A DNA stretch of 64,000 nucleotides from Hemiscyllium ocellatum (Eukaryota). The first letter of the stretch is position 1. Each line of letters starts with the position of its first letter. The position numbers were made by a program, and so were the translations under genes. The notes beneath the pieces are model-generated. The model worked only from the letters and a program-made list of their open reading frames with translations, made no database searches and was not told the origin of the DNA. Shown here one piece after another: positions 46,646 to 61,279 of the stretch. The stretch spans positions 58,494,320 through 58,558,319 of the forward strand of contig NC_083412.1 in assembly GCF_020745735.1 (NCBI RefSeq), in the 5' to 3' direction.

Positions 46646-47669
46646 GTCTGATGGTCTTATGGTCTAAATACTTCTTAAATGTTGATTATGGGGTGTTAGC
46701 TTCTGCTGCTTCAGGTGGGGCATCCTCTATCCTACCTGAACCTCCAGTGCTTAACTGTGGAGTTTTTCTAAATATTTTACTCATAGAATATTCATGTCAC
46801 TGACAAGACCTAAATTTATTGTCTAATTGCCCAATGGTTGGGTAAGAGTTAACACCATTGCTGTGGACCTGGAATCAAATGTGGGCCATCCCATGTATTC
46901 CCTTTCCTAAAGGACGGTAGTGTATTAGATGGGTTTTTATAACAGTGATCACATGGTCACCATCAGGTTAGCTTTCAGTTGCAGATTTTGTGGAATTCAA
47001 ATTTCAGCATCTGCTATGGTGTGATTTGATCTCATGTCCTCAGTACATTAACGTGGGATTCCAGATTATTTATTAGTTGAGTGATATCAGTGTGACACAC
47101 AACTTACCCCAAATTGTTAGATTTTGACTTCCATAATTGAAGATCTCTTTCCAACTTTGCAATTTGAGACATTTCAGAAGTTGTGGCCACTTTAGTTGTC
47201 TTAGAATTCTTTGCAGTTGCACTTGTTTCCCTTGTTCCTTAAATTGCTATAAGGTTCGGTTCCGCTTCCCTGTTTTGGTCTACACAGGGAGAAATGACTG
47301 CATCTACCTGTGGTTGCAGTTCCTGCACCTGAACCATTTTTTTTTATTTATGAAAAGGAGATTCTTCTCAAAGAAGGCCACTGGATTTTGCAAAATAGTG
47401 GCACCCAAAGTTCATGTTCACAATCTTGATTAAACGGACAACTCAAGTCTCAGTGAGTCCCGAAAGATTAAAGCAAGGTCCAGGATGTCCTGTCGTGGCT
47501 TACTTTGGTATATTTTCTTCTTGCTAATTTTAGCTCTTTTTGATAAAAAATGAAAGGTCAGCATTATATTTCTGTAGGACTATGGATGCAGCACTTGGAA
47601 GTCTTATTTAGGGATAGCAAACGGATTGATGGCCTTTATTACAATAGGAATGGGATAAAAAACTAGGGA

Positions 47670-50600
47670 GACCAGGGATCATGCGCGAGGCAGAGGAGGT
47701 TATTCAGAGGAGTTACAGGGAGATCATCACTCCTCAGGTACAAGAAAAAGACAAATGGGTTACAGTCAGGGGATGGAAAGGGAACCGGCAGGCAGTGCAG
47801 GGATCCCCTATGGCCATTCCCCTCAACAATAAGTATACCGTTTTGGATATTGTTGGGGGGGATGACTTACCAGGGGAAAGCAGTGGGGCACAGGGCTCTG
47901 GCACAGAGTCTGTCCCTGCTGCTCAGAAGGGAAAGGGGAAGAGGAGCAGAGCAGTAGTCATTGGGGACTCCATAGTTAGGGGGACATTTAGGAGGTTCGG
48001 TGGGGACGAGAGAGACTCATGGTTGGTTTGTTGTCTCCCAGGTACCAGGGTTCGTGATGTCTCTGATCATGTTTTTGGGATCCTTGAGCAGGAGGGGGAG
48101 CAGCCCAAGTCTTGGTCCACCTAGGCACCAATGACATAGGTAGGAAGAGAGATGGGGATTTAAGGAAGAAATTCAGGGGGCTATGATGGAAGCTTAGAAC
48201 TAGGATGAACAGAGTTGTTGTCTCTGGTTTGTTGCCCGTGCCACGTGCTAGTGAGGCAAGGAATAGGGAGAGAGAGGAGTTGAACATGTGGCTACAGGGA
48301 TGATGCAGGAGGGAAGGTTTTGGATTCTTGGATAATCGGGGCTCTTTCTTGGGTAGGTGGGACCTTCTACAAGCAGGATGGTCTTCATCTGAACCAGAGG
48401 GGTACCAATATCCTGGGGGGGGGGGAATTCGCTAAGGCTATTGGGGTGGGTTTAAACTAATCCAGCAGGGGGATGGGAACCAAAATTGTAGTTCAAGTAT
48501 AGAAAAGGTTGAGAGTAGGGAGGTCCGAAATCAAGTTTCAGGGATGCAAGATGGCACCGGCAAGCAAGAAGTTGGTTTGAAGTGTGTCTACTTCAACAGC
48601 AGGAGCATCCAGAATAAGGTGGGTGAACTTGCAGCATGGGTTGGTACCTGGGACTTTGATGTCGTGGCCATTTTGGAGACATGGATAGAACAGTGACAGA
48701 AATGGTTGTTGCAGGTTCCAGGATTTAGATGTTTCAGTAAGAACAGAGAAGATGGTAAAAGAGGGGTGGGGGGTGATGGCATGTTGGTCAAGGACAGTAT
48801 TATAGTTGCAGGAAGAATGTTTGGGGACTCGTCAACTGAGGTAGTATGGGCTGAAGTTAGAAACAGGAAAGGAGAGGTCACCCTATTGGGAGTTTTCTAT
48901 TGGCCTTCGAATAGTTCCAGAGATGTAGAGGAAAGGATAGCAAAGGTGATTCTCGATAGGAGTGAGAGAGAATGGGTAGTTGTCATGGGTGACTTCAACT
49001 TTCCAAATATTGATTGAGAACACTATAATACGACTACTGTAGATGGGTCAGTTTTTAGGAGAAAGTGAGGACTGCAGATGCTGGAGATCAGAGCTCAAAA
49101 TGTGTTGCTGAAAAAGTGCAGCAGGTCAGGTAGCATCCAAGGAGCAGGAGAATCGACATTTCAGGCATGAACCCTTCTGAAGAAGGGCTCATGCCTGAAA
49201 TGTTGATTCTCCTGCTCCTTGGATGCTGCCTGACCTGCTGCGCTTTTCCAGCAACACATTTCCAGCATGGGTCAATCTTTGTCCAGTGTGTGCAGGAGGG
49301 CTTCCTGACACAGTATGTAGACGGGCCTACAAGGGGCGAAACCACATTAACCATTTGGTAATGAGCCTGGCCAGGTGTTAGACTTGGAAGTAGGTGAGCA
49401 CTTTAGTGATAGTGATCACAATTCCGTTATGTTTACTTTAGTGATAGAAAGGGATAGGTGTATACCACTGGGTAAGAGTTACAGCTGGGGGAAAGGCAAT
49501 TATGATGCGATTAGGCAAGATTTAGGAAGCATAGGATGGAGAAGGAAACTGCAGGGGATAGACACATTAGAAATGTGGAGCTTATTTAAGGAAAAACTAC
49601 CATGTGTCCTAGATAAGTATGTACTGTCAGGCAGGGAGGAAGCTGTAGAGCGCGGGAGCCATGCTATATGAAGGAAGTGGAATCTCTGGTCAAGAGGAAG
49701 AAGAAGGCTTATGTTAGGATGAGATATGAAGGCTCAGTTAGGGCACTTGAGGGTTACAAGGTAGCCAGGAAAGACCTAAAGAGAGAGCTCAGAAGAGCCA
49801 GGAGGAGACATGAGAAGTTGTTGGCGGATAGGATCAGGGTTAAACCCTAAGGCTTTCTATAGGTATTTAAGGAATAAAAGAATGACAAGAGTAAGATTAG
49901 GGCCAATCAAGGATAGTAGTGGGAAGTTGTGTGTGGAGTTAGAGGAGATAGGGGAAGCACTAAATGAATATTTCTCAACAGTATTCACTCCAGAAAACGA
50001 CAATGTTGTCGAGGAGAATACTGAGATACAGGCTACTAGACTAGGTGTGATTGAGGTTCTCAAGGAGGAGGTATTAGAAATCCTGCAGTGTGTGAAAATA
50101 GATAAGCCCCCTGGGCCGGATGGGATTTTTCCTAGGATCCTCTGGGAAGCCAGGGAGGAGGTTGCCGAGCCTTTGGCATTGATCTTTAAATTGTCATTGT
50201 CTACAGGAATAGTGCCAGAAGACTGGAGGGTAGCAAATGTGGTACTCGCCCTGTTCAAGAAGGGGAGTAGAGACAATCCTGGTAATTATAGACCAGTGAG
50301 CCTTACTTCAGTTGTTGGTAAAGTGTTAGAAAAGGTTATAAGAGATAGGATTTATAATCATCTAGAAAAGAATAATTTGATTAGGGATAGTCAGCATGGT
50401 TTTGTGAAGGGTAGGTCGTGCCTCACAAACCTTATTGAGTTCTTTGAGAAGGTGACCAAACAGATAGATGAGAGTAAACTGGTTGATGTGTTGTATATGG
50501 ATTTCAGCAAGGCGTTCAATAAGGTTCCCACAGTAGGCTATTGTACAAAATGCAGAGGAATGGGATTGTGGGAGATATAGCAGTTTGGATCAGTAATTGG

Positions 50601-51648
50601 CTTGCTGAAAGAAAACAGAGGGTGGTGGTTGATGGGAAATGTTCATCCTAGAGTCCAGTTACCAGTGGTGTACCGCAAGGGTCGGTGTTGGGTCCGCTGC
50701 TATTCATCATTTTTATAAATGACCTGGATGAGGGCGTAGAAGGGTGAGTTAATAAATTTGCAGATGACACTAAGGTTGGTGGAGTTGTGGATAGTGACGA
50801 AGGACGTAGTAGGTTACAGAGAGACATAGATAAGCTGCAGAGCTAGGCTGAGAGGTAGCAAATGGAGTTTAATGCGGACAAGTGTGAGGTGATTCACTTT
50901 GGTCGGAGTAACCGGAATGCAAAGTACTGGGCTAATGGTAAGATTCTTGGTAGTGTAGATGAGCAGAGAGGTCTCGGTATCCAGGTACACAGATCCTTGA
51001 AAGTTGCCACCCAGGTTGACAGGGTTGTTAAGAAGGCATATAGTGTTTTAGCTTTTATTAATAGGGGGATCTTGTTCCTGAACCATAAGGTTGTGCTACA
51101 GCTGCACAAAACTCTAGTGCGGCTGCACTTGGAGTATCGTATACAGTTCTGGTCATCGCAGTATAAGAAAGATGTGGAAGTTTTGCAAAGGGTGCAGAGG
51201 AGATTTACAAGGATGTTGCCTGGTATGGAGGGAATGTCTTACAAGGAAAGGCTGAGGGACTTGAGGCTGTTTTTGTTAGAGAGAAGAAGGTTGAGAGGTG
51301 ACTTAATAGAGACATATAAAATTATCAGAGGGCTAAATAGGGTAGAGAGCCTTTTTCCAAGTATGGTGATGGCGAGGATGAGGGGGCATAGCTTTAAATT
51401 GAGGGGTGATACATATAGGACAGATGTCAGAGGTAGTTTCTTTACTCAGAGAGTAGTAAAGTATGGAATGCTTTGCTTGCAATGGTAGTAGATTCGCCAA
51501 CTTTAAGTACATTTAAGTTGTCATTGGACAAGCACATGGACGTACATGGAATAGTGTAGGTCAGATGGGCTTCAGATTGGTATGACAGGTCGGCGCAACA
51601 TCAAGGGCCGAAGGGCCTGTACTGCACTGTAATGTTCTATGTTCTATG
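47670..51648 (+). mobile_element. Near-full-length HER1-like CR1 LINE: SGNH-esterase ORF1 (~47681-48460) and degenerate APE-RT ORF2 (~48570-51488)
   Basis: ORF1: VIGDSIVRG, LGTNDIG, DGLHL. ORF2: [51 protein letters not shown]. Tail atgttctatgttctatg. Multiple stops and frameshifts. Confidence 0.95.
49057..49266. mobile_element. 210-bp palindromic Penelope mini-element (variant A) inside CR1 ORF2
   Basis: 14-bp TSD atgggtcagttttt / atgggtcaatcttt (49043-49056, 49267-49280); cores partly CpG-decayed. Confidence 0.85.
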
Positions 51649-51699
51649 ATTGTGTTAATAAACGATATGAAGTACTAGTCAGAATACTGTGAATAGTCT

Positions 51700-54600
51700 T
51701 GGTCACCTTATCTAAAGAATAGTATATTGGTCTTGGGGACAGTTTCTCTTCGAGGTTAGTGAATCTGTCGAATTCTCCACTAGTGGGAGCTGTAGGTACT
51801 GGGTCATTCGGAATCATTCAAAACTGAGATAACAGATTTTTAATCATTAACAGAATCATGGGTGATAGGGGAAAAAGCAAGAAAGTGGAGTTGTTGATAA
51901 TCAGATTAGCCATGATCTCATTGAATGCTGACTCATTGGCCAAATGGCCTATTTCTGTTCCCATACTTTACGGTCTGATGAAATATCAGGAATTAGGGGT
52001 CACGGTTTAAAAATCAGAGATTGCCCAGTAAAATCAGAAGTGATGTGAACCTTTTTAATTATGAGCCTTTGGAACTTTCCTCCTGAAACAGGCAGTGGAA
52101 ACAGAATCCTTGAGTATTTTTAAGACAGAAATGGATATCGTCGTGTTTATCATTGGGAGAAGGCAAGAATGCAGATTTGAAATTGCAGTCAGATCTGCAT
52201 GATCTTATTGAATGGCAGAACAGGTTTGAGGGACTGAATGGCCTGTTTATGTGTATGTTCATGTCAATTTGAATCAAGGACAGTTTAATAACATTTTTTC
52301 GTAACCGTAACCTAGCCTTCAAAATAAAACTTGCATCCATCCCGTATCCAATTTATAAATTTTCTTGATAATCGCATAGCAAAATGTATCCAGTAAGCTT
52401 GTGCAATCTTGGAAGTCAAAATCTTGCAGTGGGTCTGCCACATGCCCCAGAAAGAGTTTATCCTGACCTTCTTCTGTGCCCCCATACCAATGATGCATCG
52501 TTGTGTTCTCTCTGTTGCTGCTACAGTTGTGACTGGTCACTCTTTTCACACTCACAACCCTCTATGAGACTGATTGGTTCGACTTTTTTCACTGAAATGT
52601 AGGAAATTGAGGGGTGACCTTATAGAGGTTATAAAATCATGAGAGGTATAGATAAGGTGAATGACAGAGTGGGGGATTTCAAGACCAAGGGGCATATTTT
52701 TAAGGGGAGAGGAGAAAGATTTTAAAAAGGCATGAGGGATAATATTTTTACACAGAGAGTGATTCATGTGTGGAATGAACTTTCAGAGGAAGTGGTAGAT
52801 GTGGGAACAGTTACAATGTTTAAAAGACATTTAGCCAAGTAAATGAATAGGAAATATTGAGAGGGATATGGGCCAAGCACAGGTAGGTGGGACTAGTCTA
52901 GTTTGGGATTATCTTCAACATGGAATGGTTGGACCAAAGAGCCTGTTTCCACGCTGGATGACTCTATGATTGCCGACTGGTAGGGTTTCTTGATGATGTA
53001 GGCGATACCTTGTTTTCACACATATGCTATTGTTGAGTTTCTGCAGTCTCATTTCCCACCCAATCACCATAAATAATTTTAATTTTCTGTAATGTCTTAC
53101 TCATTGTGGCTGGTTTTACCATTTTGTGTTGTCTGTCATGTTTTCCATCATTGCTTTTCTGTTGTGTTTGTTTTCAGTTTCAGCTTAAGCTCTTGGTCCC
53201 TTGGTGGTCATGAAATCTAGTACTTGCTAACCACTAACAACTTTGGGTGGTTTCTTCAGGTATTTCGCCAACCTGTGGTTTCAGATTGTTGGACTGGTCT
53301 TGTGGTTTACCTGTAACACTATACTGCCAATGAGTTTCACTTTAGGCTTTTACTGTCACTTACCTCTAGTTCTTTGGCTCTGGTCACTGCCGGCTATCAT
53401 ATAGAAAGAGCTGGGCTCCACTCATCTGAGTAAACTGTAACCAGCTTAATTAACACAACTGTGTACAATGCATGCTGCTGCAGCCTGACAGACACTACCA
53501 GGTGAAATCGGAACAGAAGTGGACTCACTAATATTGTTCTATCATTCTATAAGATCATGGCTGACACATGTCTGAGTTGCAACTGCTATTACATCATATG
53601 ACCAAGCTCCTTTCACATTAGCTTGGAGTAAATGTATTATTAACTTCATACGCTCAACCTGTGTTTCATATTCGTGAGCCGGGAAAACAGATAGTGATCA
53701 CTTACTTTGTCAAGTCAATATACTTCAATTCATTCACTGCAAATTCTTCTGCACTAAAGGTATAGAGGACTAGTCTATTAATCTTGCCTCATTGAACAAT
53801 CTCCTCAACCCACCAATTGGTCTAGTGAACGTTGTCCAAACTATTTCCAACACAAGAATATACTCCTTAGACAGGAGAGCAAAACTGCACACAGTGCTCT
53901 CAATCTCCACCAATTGCAGAAAGATCTCTTTACTTTGATACTCCAATTGCTTTGTAACAAAAACCAACACTTGCCTTCAAATTGTTTATTTTACCTTTAT
54001 GTTAAGCTTCTACAATTTGGGAAGAAGGACACGCAAGATGGTCCTGAATGCAATAATTTCCGACCTCTCACCATTCAAAAATTAGTCTGCCTTTTATCAT
54101 TTTCCTAAATGCAAAGCTTCATACTTTGCCCCATTGTGTCCCATCTTCCCACTACTATCCAGTATATCTCCCTCCTAAGCCTTTTGTATCCTCAATTTGT
54201 AGTGCAGTTCCCCAGGGATTGGTATTTGCACCTTTGCTTTTCCTGATAAAACTTAATGATCCAGATCTTAGCATGCAGGGGAGAATATCAATATTTGCAG
54301 ATGACATGAAACTTGGAAAAATTGTAATCTGTGAGAAGAACAGTGTAGAAATCCAAAAGAACACTGACGTGTTGGTGAAGTGGGTGGATGGTTGGCACAT
54401 GGCCTTCAATGCCCAGAAGTGTGAGGTGGTGGAATTTGGTCGGAAGAACACTGAAAGGCAACATAAACGAAGGTGTACAGTTCTAAGGTAGGTAAGGAGC
54501 AAAGGAACCTTGGTGTATATAAGCATAGATCACTAAATATGGCAGGTCAGCTTGAGAGAGCAATTAAAGTATAATGTACTCTTGACTTTGTTAGTATGAG

Positions 54601-55720
54601 CATGGACTACAAAAGCAAGAAGATGATGTTGGACTTATACAAGACACTCGTTAGATGTCAACTGGAACATAGTTTTAGGTACCACATTAGAATAAGCACA
54701 TGAACACATTGGATTCCTGCAAATGGAATTTAGATGAATGATTCCAGGGATGAGAATTTTCAGTTACAAGGATAAATTGAAGAATTTGGAAATTGGAGAG
54801 AAGGAAGATCAGAGCAGATCTGATAGAGGTCTTAAAAATTATACAGGGTTTGGATAGAGTAAATAAGGAGAAACTGTTCTGGGTCATAAAAGAATCAAGT
54901 AGCAGAGGACACAGATTTAGAGTGAATTGTAAAAGAAGAAATGTGAGATGAGGAAAAGACTTCTTCACACAAAGTGTGATCACGATCTGGAATGTATTAC
55001 GTGGAAGTCTGGTAGTGGTAGATTCAATTGAGACTTACAAGAGAGAATTGAATGATTATTTGAATTGTAAGAATTTGTAAGAGTATGGGGAGATTAGCAC
55101 CAGGTAATAATGCTTGTTTGAAGAGCCAGTGTGGGCAAAATGCGCCAAATTGCATCCTTCTGTACTGTAATGCTACCCTTATTTTGCAATTCACCATTTA
55201 CTGTCCCACCTAACATTGTATAATCAGCAAACCTGGATACATTACGCTCAGGACACTGAGCTCAGTAAGACCAAGAACAGATAAAGAGAGACCACCATTA
55301 GTCTGAACTAATTTAAGTATAGTAACAGACTATGGATGGAATCTTATAGGCATCCTATAGGCATCTGGTATAGAATGTATAGCATCACAGAATATTTCAT
55401 TACAGAAACATGCAATTCAGTCCATCATTTATGCACTGGCTCCTGAATGAGGGATCAAGCTTGTCCCATTCTCAAGGCCAATCTCCATAAGAATTAGGCA
55501 AATTTCTCTAACCTGTCATTGTATCTAAAATCCCTCATTCCTGATATCATTCAAGTAAATCCCCTTTACACTCCCTCCAGGGCTTTAACCTCCTTCCTTA
55601 AATAAGGTGTCCAGAACTGAATGCAATACTCCAAATTAGGTCTGACTAATGACTTTTTGAGGTGTCACATTACTTCCTTGTTTTCATACTCCATACCTCC
55701 ATGTATAAACCCAAGGATCC
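51700..55720. mobile_element. Cluster of old CR1/L2-type LINE 3' fragments in both orientations (e.g. 52590-52970 +, 53740-54120 -, 54140-55170 +, 55400-55720 -)
   Basis: AVPQGLVFAPLLF...IFADDMKL and RGHRF-type motifs; interspersed with unassigned sequence. Confidence 0.65.
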
Positions 55721-55729
55721 CACAACATC

Positions 55730-56940
55730 ACAGTCTTGGTTCAAACATGGAGAAAAGACTTGAAATCCAGAGGTGAGGTAGAGTGACAGCCCTTGACATC
55801 GAGGTCATATTCAACCAAGTGTTGTATCAAGGAGCTCTGGTGAAACTGCAAACAATGACTGTCATGGGGCAAACTCTCCAATGATTAGAGTCATTCCGGG
55901 CACATAAGAAGGTGCCAAGGTTGTTGGAGGTCAGTCAAATCAACTCCAGAACATCTCTACAGGAGTACCTCAGGGTAGTATCCTAGGCCCAACCATCTTC
56001 AGCTACTTCATCAATTATTCTTCCTCCAACTTAAGATTATAAATGAGGATGTTCACTGATGATTGCACAAAAGTTCGGTACTATTCACAACTCTTCAGAT
56101 ACTGAACCAGTCCATGTTCAAAAACAACAAAATCTGGACAATATTCCAGGCTTGGGCTGACAAGTGGGAAGTAACATTTGAGCCGCACAAATTCCAGACA
56201 AGGACTATCTCCAATAAGAGACAATCTAACCACTGCCCCTTGACCTTCATTGGTGTTACCATCACTGACACCCCACTGTAAACATCCTGGGGGTTATCAT
56301 TGATCAGAAACTCAAGTGGACTCATCACTTTCACAGAGTGGCTACAAGAGCAGGTCAGAGGCTAGGAATACAGGAGCAAGTAAATCACCTCCTGACTCCC
56401 CAAAATCTGTCCACAATCTACAAGGCACAAGTCAGGGGTTTGATGGTATACTCCCCACTTGCCTGAATGGGTCAGTTCCATCAACACTCACAAAGCTTGT
56501 TAGCATCAAGACAAAATAGCCCACTTAATTGGTACTACATTCACAACCTCCTATATCCTCCACCAATGATACACAGTAGCAGCAGTGTGTATTATCTACA
56601 AGGTACAGTGCAGAAATTCACTAGGGGTACTTAGACAGCACCCTCCAAAACCAAAACTACATCCATCTAGAAGGACAAGGGCAGCAGATACATGGGAACA
56701 TCAGTAACTGCAAACTCCTCTCCAGGCCACTCATCATCCTGACTTGGAAATATATTCTTGTTCATTCATTGTCACTGGGTCAATATCCTGGAATTCCCTC
56801 CCTAAGGACATTGTGAATCAATCCACAGCATTTGGACTGCAATGGTTCAGGAAGGCAGCTTCCCACCACTTTTACAATGGCAGGTAGGGACAGGCAATAA
56901 AATACTGGCCAGCCAGCAATGTCAATGCCCCACGAGTGAA
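55730..56940 (+). mobile_element. LINE RT 3' half, same family as 33470-35320
   Basis: ALDIEVIF, GVPQGSILGP, MFTDDC and IYKAQVR motifs. Confidence 0.82.
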
Positions 56941-56976
56941 TTTTAAAAAACAACTGTTTCAGCATGCCTGGATATA

Positions 56977-57101
56977 GTAAAGACTGCAGGTTCTGAAAGT
57001 CAGAGTTGATAAAATGTGGCGCTAGAAGAGCACAGCAGACGAGGTAGCATCGGAAGAGGAGGAAAGTAGACATTTCAGGTCAGGACCCTTCCTTCAGGAC
57101 T
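56977..57101 (-). mobile_element. Decayed variant-A-like Penelope mini-element
   Basis: Minus strand CTGAAGGAAGGGTCCTGACCTGAAATGTC followed by an A-type tail; no clear TSD. Confidence 0.55.
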
Positions 57102-57124
57102 GCCTATCCACCTTCAGAGAATTG

Positions 57125-58050
57125 TGCACTTGAATCTGAAGTCCCTGTGCTCCTGCTCCCCTCAGAATTGTACAAGTGAACCTGTATTGTCTCTCCATGT
57201 TTCTTTTCCTGAAATGCAATACCTCACGTTTCTCTGCATTAAAATTCATCGACTAGATTTCTGCTCATTTGATCACCTTGGCAGTGTCCCTTTGAAGTTG
57301 TTCAACATCATCCTCACAAATTATATTCTCCCTAATTTAGTGTAATCTGCAAATTTAGAGATTTTACCTCACCACCCATCCAAAAATTGTTTAAATAAAT
57401 CAGAAAAAGCAGAGTTCCACCATTGATTCATGGGAAACACCACTTTCAACTCATCTCCAGGCTGAGAAATGCCCCTCTATACCTACCTTCCGTTTCCTAT
57501 CTTTTAGCTACCTTTCAATCCATGCTGCGATGGACAATCAATCCCAAACATTTCTAATTTGCTAACCATCTGCCATGTGGTACCATATCAAATGTTGTAT
57601 GAAACAATAAATATACAACATCTACAAATGTACAACACCCTCATCTATTGCCTGGGTCACCTCGTCAAATAACTCAATAAAATTTGTCAGTCATGACCTG
57701 CCCTGGACAAAGCCACATTGATTGTTTAGTATTATTTTTCTCGAAGGGCATACTTACTTTGTCCCATATTATGGCCTGTATCAATTGTCCCACTACTGAT
57801 TTCAAGCTGACAGTCTATAGTTTCCTGGGTTATACTTTGCCTCTTTCTTAAACAGTGGTGCTACATTTACAATCTTTCAGTCCCCCAGGATTAATCTTGT
57901 GTTCAGAGAAGCCGGGAACATTTCTGTTAATGGTCCCGTGATTGCACCCTTACCTCGTTCAGCAATCCAGAATCCCATCCCAGCTGGGCAACTTCACTAC
58001 TTAAAGTATTTTTAGCTTTTTTAGCAGCTCTTCTTTATCAATCATTATTC
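57125..58050 (-). mobile_element. Old CR1/L2-type RT fragment
   Basis: KFADYTKLG-like motif and NYRLSA/FDM remnants. Confidence 0.6.
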
Positions 58051-59188
58051 TGCTCAGTTGCTCAACAATCACCTTTTCAACTGTGCCATTATCACCATCT
58101 CCTACAACAAAAACAGAAATTGCTGGAGAAAGGAGCATGTCTTGCAGCACCCATGGGAAAAAAGCAGGATTAACATTTTGAGTCCAGTAACTTCATTAAA
58201 TGCAAATCATGAGATCATCACAGAGAGTGGATATAATGTGTAAGCTTATGTGCATTTATTCCTGATGCCAAATAAATTACAATCCTGGATTGCTTTGCAA
58301 ATAGTCACTTCTTGGTTCACAAATAGCCTACACTTGTCAAGCCTTTCTGCACGGCAAAACTATCTGGAGTGTGCCTGACTTGTGTCTGGTAGAATGTTAA
58401 AAAAACAAGAATATTGCTTCAGAATATGCACCTCCGTAAAATCTTCACCAAAAGACGAGGAGTAAAACCAACAATACAAATAAGTTTTGCTCTATCCTTT
58501 CTCAAAATCAAATGTATTTAGCTCCAAGTTAAATTTGCACACACGATTAATCAATTCTCCATGCCTGTACTCCCGTTCCTTCTCACCTGTATTTGAATGC
58601 TACAATCTGTATCTTTATACTCTTCGGGGAGTTGGAAAAGAATGCAGGTCATTTCTCATTTCTTGCACTACGGTGAGATGTTTTCAGTGGTTGTGCTGCA
58701 GAAGTCAAACAATAAGCTGCTAAAGTTCTTCCATACATCGGGTCACAAATCAACAGATTTCAACCTACAGACTTTGAACAATGAAATTTTCATATGGACT
58801 CTTCTGCACAATTGACATTTCTAAAATCAAAATGAAAATATATTGAGTTTAAAAGTTTGTTTTGCAATTTGAGCTCTAACAGAATTTGATTGTTCACAGA
58901 TGTTTGCTGCTAGTTTGTTTGAATTTCTTATAGTTCCATGACATACGTGAATGAATTCTTCATAACAATGAAGACTCGAGATAATGTGCAATAAATGACA
59001 GGTTCAAAGCGCTATGAAGAACCATAAATGTAAAGATCTAACAATAAATCAAACTAATATTGAAATAGAAAATTATAAAGGTAGCCTAATAACTATAACA
59101 TCATTATAACTGGCTAACCTTTACAGGTAACTCTCGTGGTATACCGTAGCTCAACTAAGTCATGCTATAATAGCTATTAGATAAGTAT

Positions 59189-59399
59189 CAGAAACAGAAA
59201 GTGTCGGAAAAACTCAACAGGTCTGACAGCACATGTGGAGAGAAAAACAACGCTGCTGTTTGGAGTTCAGTGTTGCTCTGTGAGATGATGGAGCAACTGT
59301 TTTTCTCTCTACAGATGCTACCAGACCTGTTGAGTTATTTCAGCACTTTCCATTTTCATTTCAGATTTCCAACATCCGCAGTTCTTCATTTTTATGTAA
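59189..59399. mobile_element. Palindromic Penelope mini-element (variant C, core lost)
   Basis: Inverted arms aactcaacaggtctg...cagacctgttgagtt; perfect 10-bp TSD AGATAAGTAT (59179-59188, 59400-59409). Confidence 0.75.
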
Positions 59400-60539
59400 A
59401 GATAAGTATTATGTGTGAAATATTGAGCCTTGATGCCCATGCTAGAGATGCCATGAAATGAGAAAGTATTGCACACAATACTTAAAGCCATTGTTGGTGT
59501 AGCTTCCCTGGTGTCCCACAATGGGGAGTGTGTGAGTGTGGACATACAATATGGAAGCCTTGTCTGGCAGAGAGCAGGTCGTGGCCTCACAGAGTCTGTC
59601 CAAGTAATTTGCTGTATGTTCTGGATGTGTGTGCTTTCAGCAAATACTGTTGGCAGTGTACATTGTGAGCAACTGTGGTTACTGTACATTAGGCAGTTTG
59701 CAATGTCAGATTTAGATATAAGCTAAGTAAACCTATAGCTTTGGCCTCAGGCGCCTCTGAAAATAAAAAGTAAATTACTAAATTTCAAGTTTTGCACTGT
59801 TGAAAAACAAAGGAGACAGAGAACAAATAGTCTTTAAAATGGTCATTTTTATTCTAGTATGACAAAAATATAGATCTTTCGTGACACAATTAAACAGTGC
59901 TTGGACATTGAACACAATCAGAAAGTTTTGATTCATCCCTAGCTTCCATTTAAGAAATGCAGGAGTCTCCCAGCATCCAGAACACAATTGTGGGTCAAAC
60001 ATATCTTCATAATAAATGGTAGTTACACTGGCCATTTACACACTTTGATCATTAAATAAATGTGACTTCTGTGGCTTTCTCTAGATAATAATCAATGTAA
60101 AAGTAATGTTACAATTTTGAAATGTTTTCCTTTTGAAGCATAATTTTATTTTCTAAAACTAATAAAGCATCAAAAGCATCACTCCCTTCTCTCCTTGATA
60201 CACAAACTTCAATGATTTGGGTTGTCTTGAGTCAGGACGATATTGTAGGTACACTGACAGAAAGGTTCCTCAGTGCATCAACATTGGAGCAGCTCATTTG
60301 AGAAACCGAAGTGCTCATTCAGAAACAAAATTCAGTGTTTTTCAAAAGCTCTATTGATTCAACAGAAGTTAATATAAAAAGAAAAATCAGGAGTGGTTAG
60401 TCTCTCTAGCAATCGGTTGTGTTTCAGCACCATTGGCAACATTAATGAGCAAAGGCCAAACCCCTATTGGAATTTACAATCATGAGAACTCTTAGGAATC
60501 ATAGAAAGGTTTTATTTACACCTTTGATGAGGCAACATG

Positions 60540-61275
60540 GTTAATCTTGGATTAAAGGTTCTAAAGGAACAGATGAGAAAAGTACTGGAGACCTGTTCTT
60601 GAACATCTTAGTGTCGTGCACATTGACAGAATTTTGACTCGCTTTTAAAGAGGCAATGAGAAGTTTGGATCTTCACATAATGGGAACTTCCTTGACCTGC
60701 TAGAACTCATTGCTAAGTTTGATTCAGTTCTTACAATCCCATAAACAAGATAGAAGCAGTGGATCTAAGAAGCCTTCATATTTACCTTAAACAATATGTG
60801 TTGAACTCATCAACTTATGGCTGAAAGAAGATCTATTTTGCATGACTTGAGAAAAGGAGAATACTTCAGTTTGTTTCTTTCATGTACACCAGATCTTTGT
60901 CAGGTTGGCCAACTAATTTTTTTTTTAAGACATGTGTCCCCGGAGATTGTAAATCACAGAAGACTTTCCAACCTTCCTTGAATTAGGAAAACAGTGCTGA
61001 AGGGTGGCCAACATGGTGCTGGATTATTTAGACAGTGACTGCAGAGTTGGCTTTAGTAAGTGCAGAAGATGATCATATGATAACGCAGCCAACATGGCAC
61101 GAAGACATAATGGCATGCTGCAGAAACATGCAGAGAAAAATCAGCATGTTATTCATATTCCATCTTCTGGACATTGACTGAAACGTATTGGCCATGCTGT
61201 AGTTGATTGCTGCCTGAATGCAGTAATTTTCTTTTACTGCTTTGCAACAAATATTCACATTATTCTCTGCCTCTA
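60540..61275 (+). pseudogene. hAT-superfamily (Tip100/Zaphod-like) transposase relic
   Basis: Across frameshifts: LAF.RGNEKFGSSHNGNFLDLLELIAKFDSVL, EYFSL...TPD and SYDNAANMA..HNG.....EKN......P..GH.L. Confidence 0.82.
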
Positions 61276-61279
61276 TGAT

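Noticed and set aside
28901-49361. Recurrent short ORFs such as MLEIRAENVLLEK / LLLLGCCLTCCAFP
   Set aside because: Translations of the same non-coding variant-A mini-element, not proteins.
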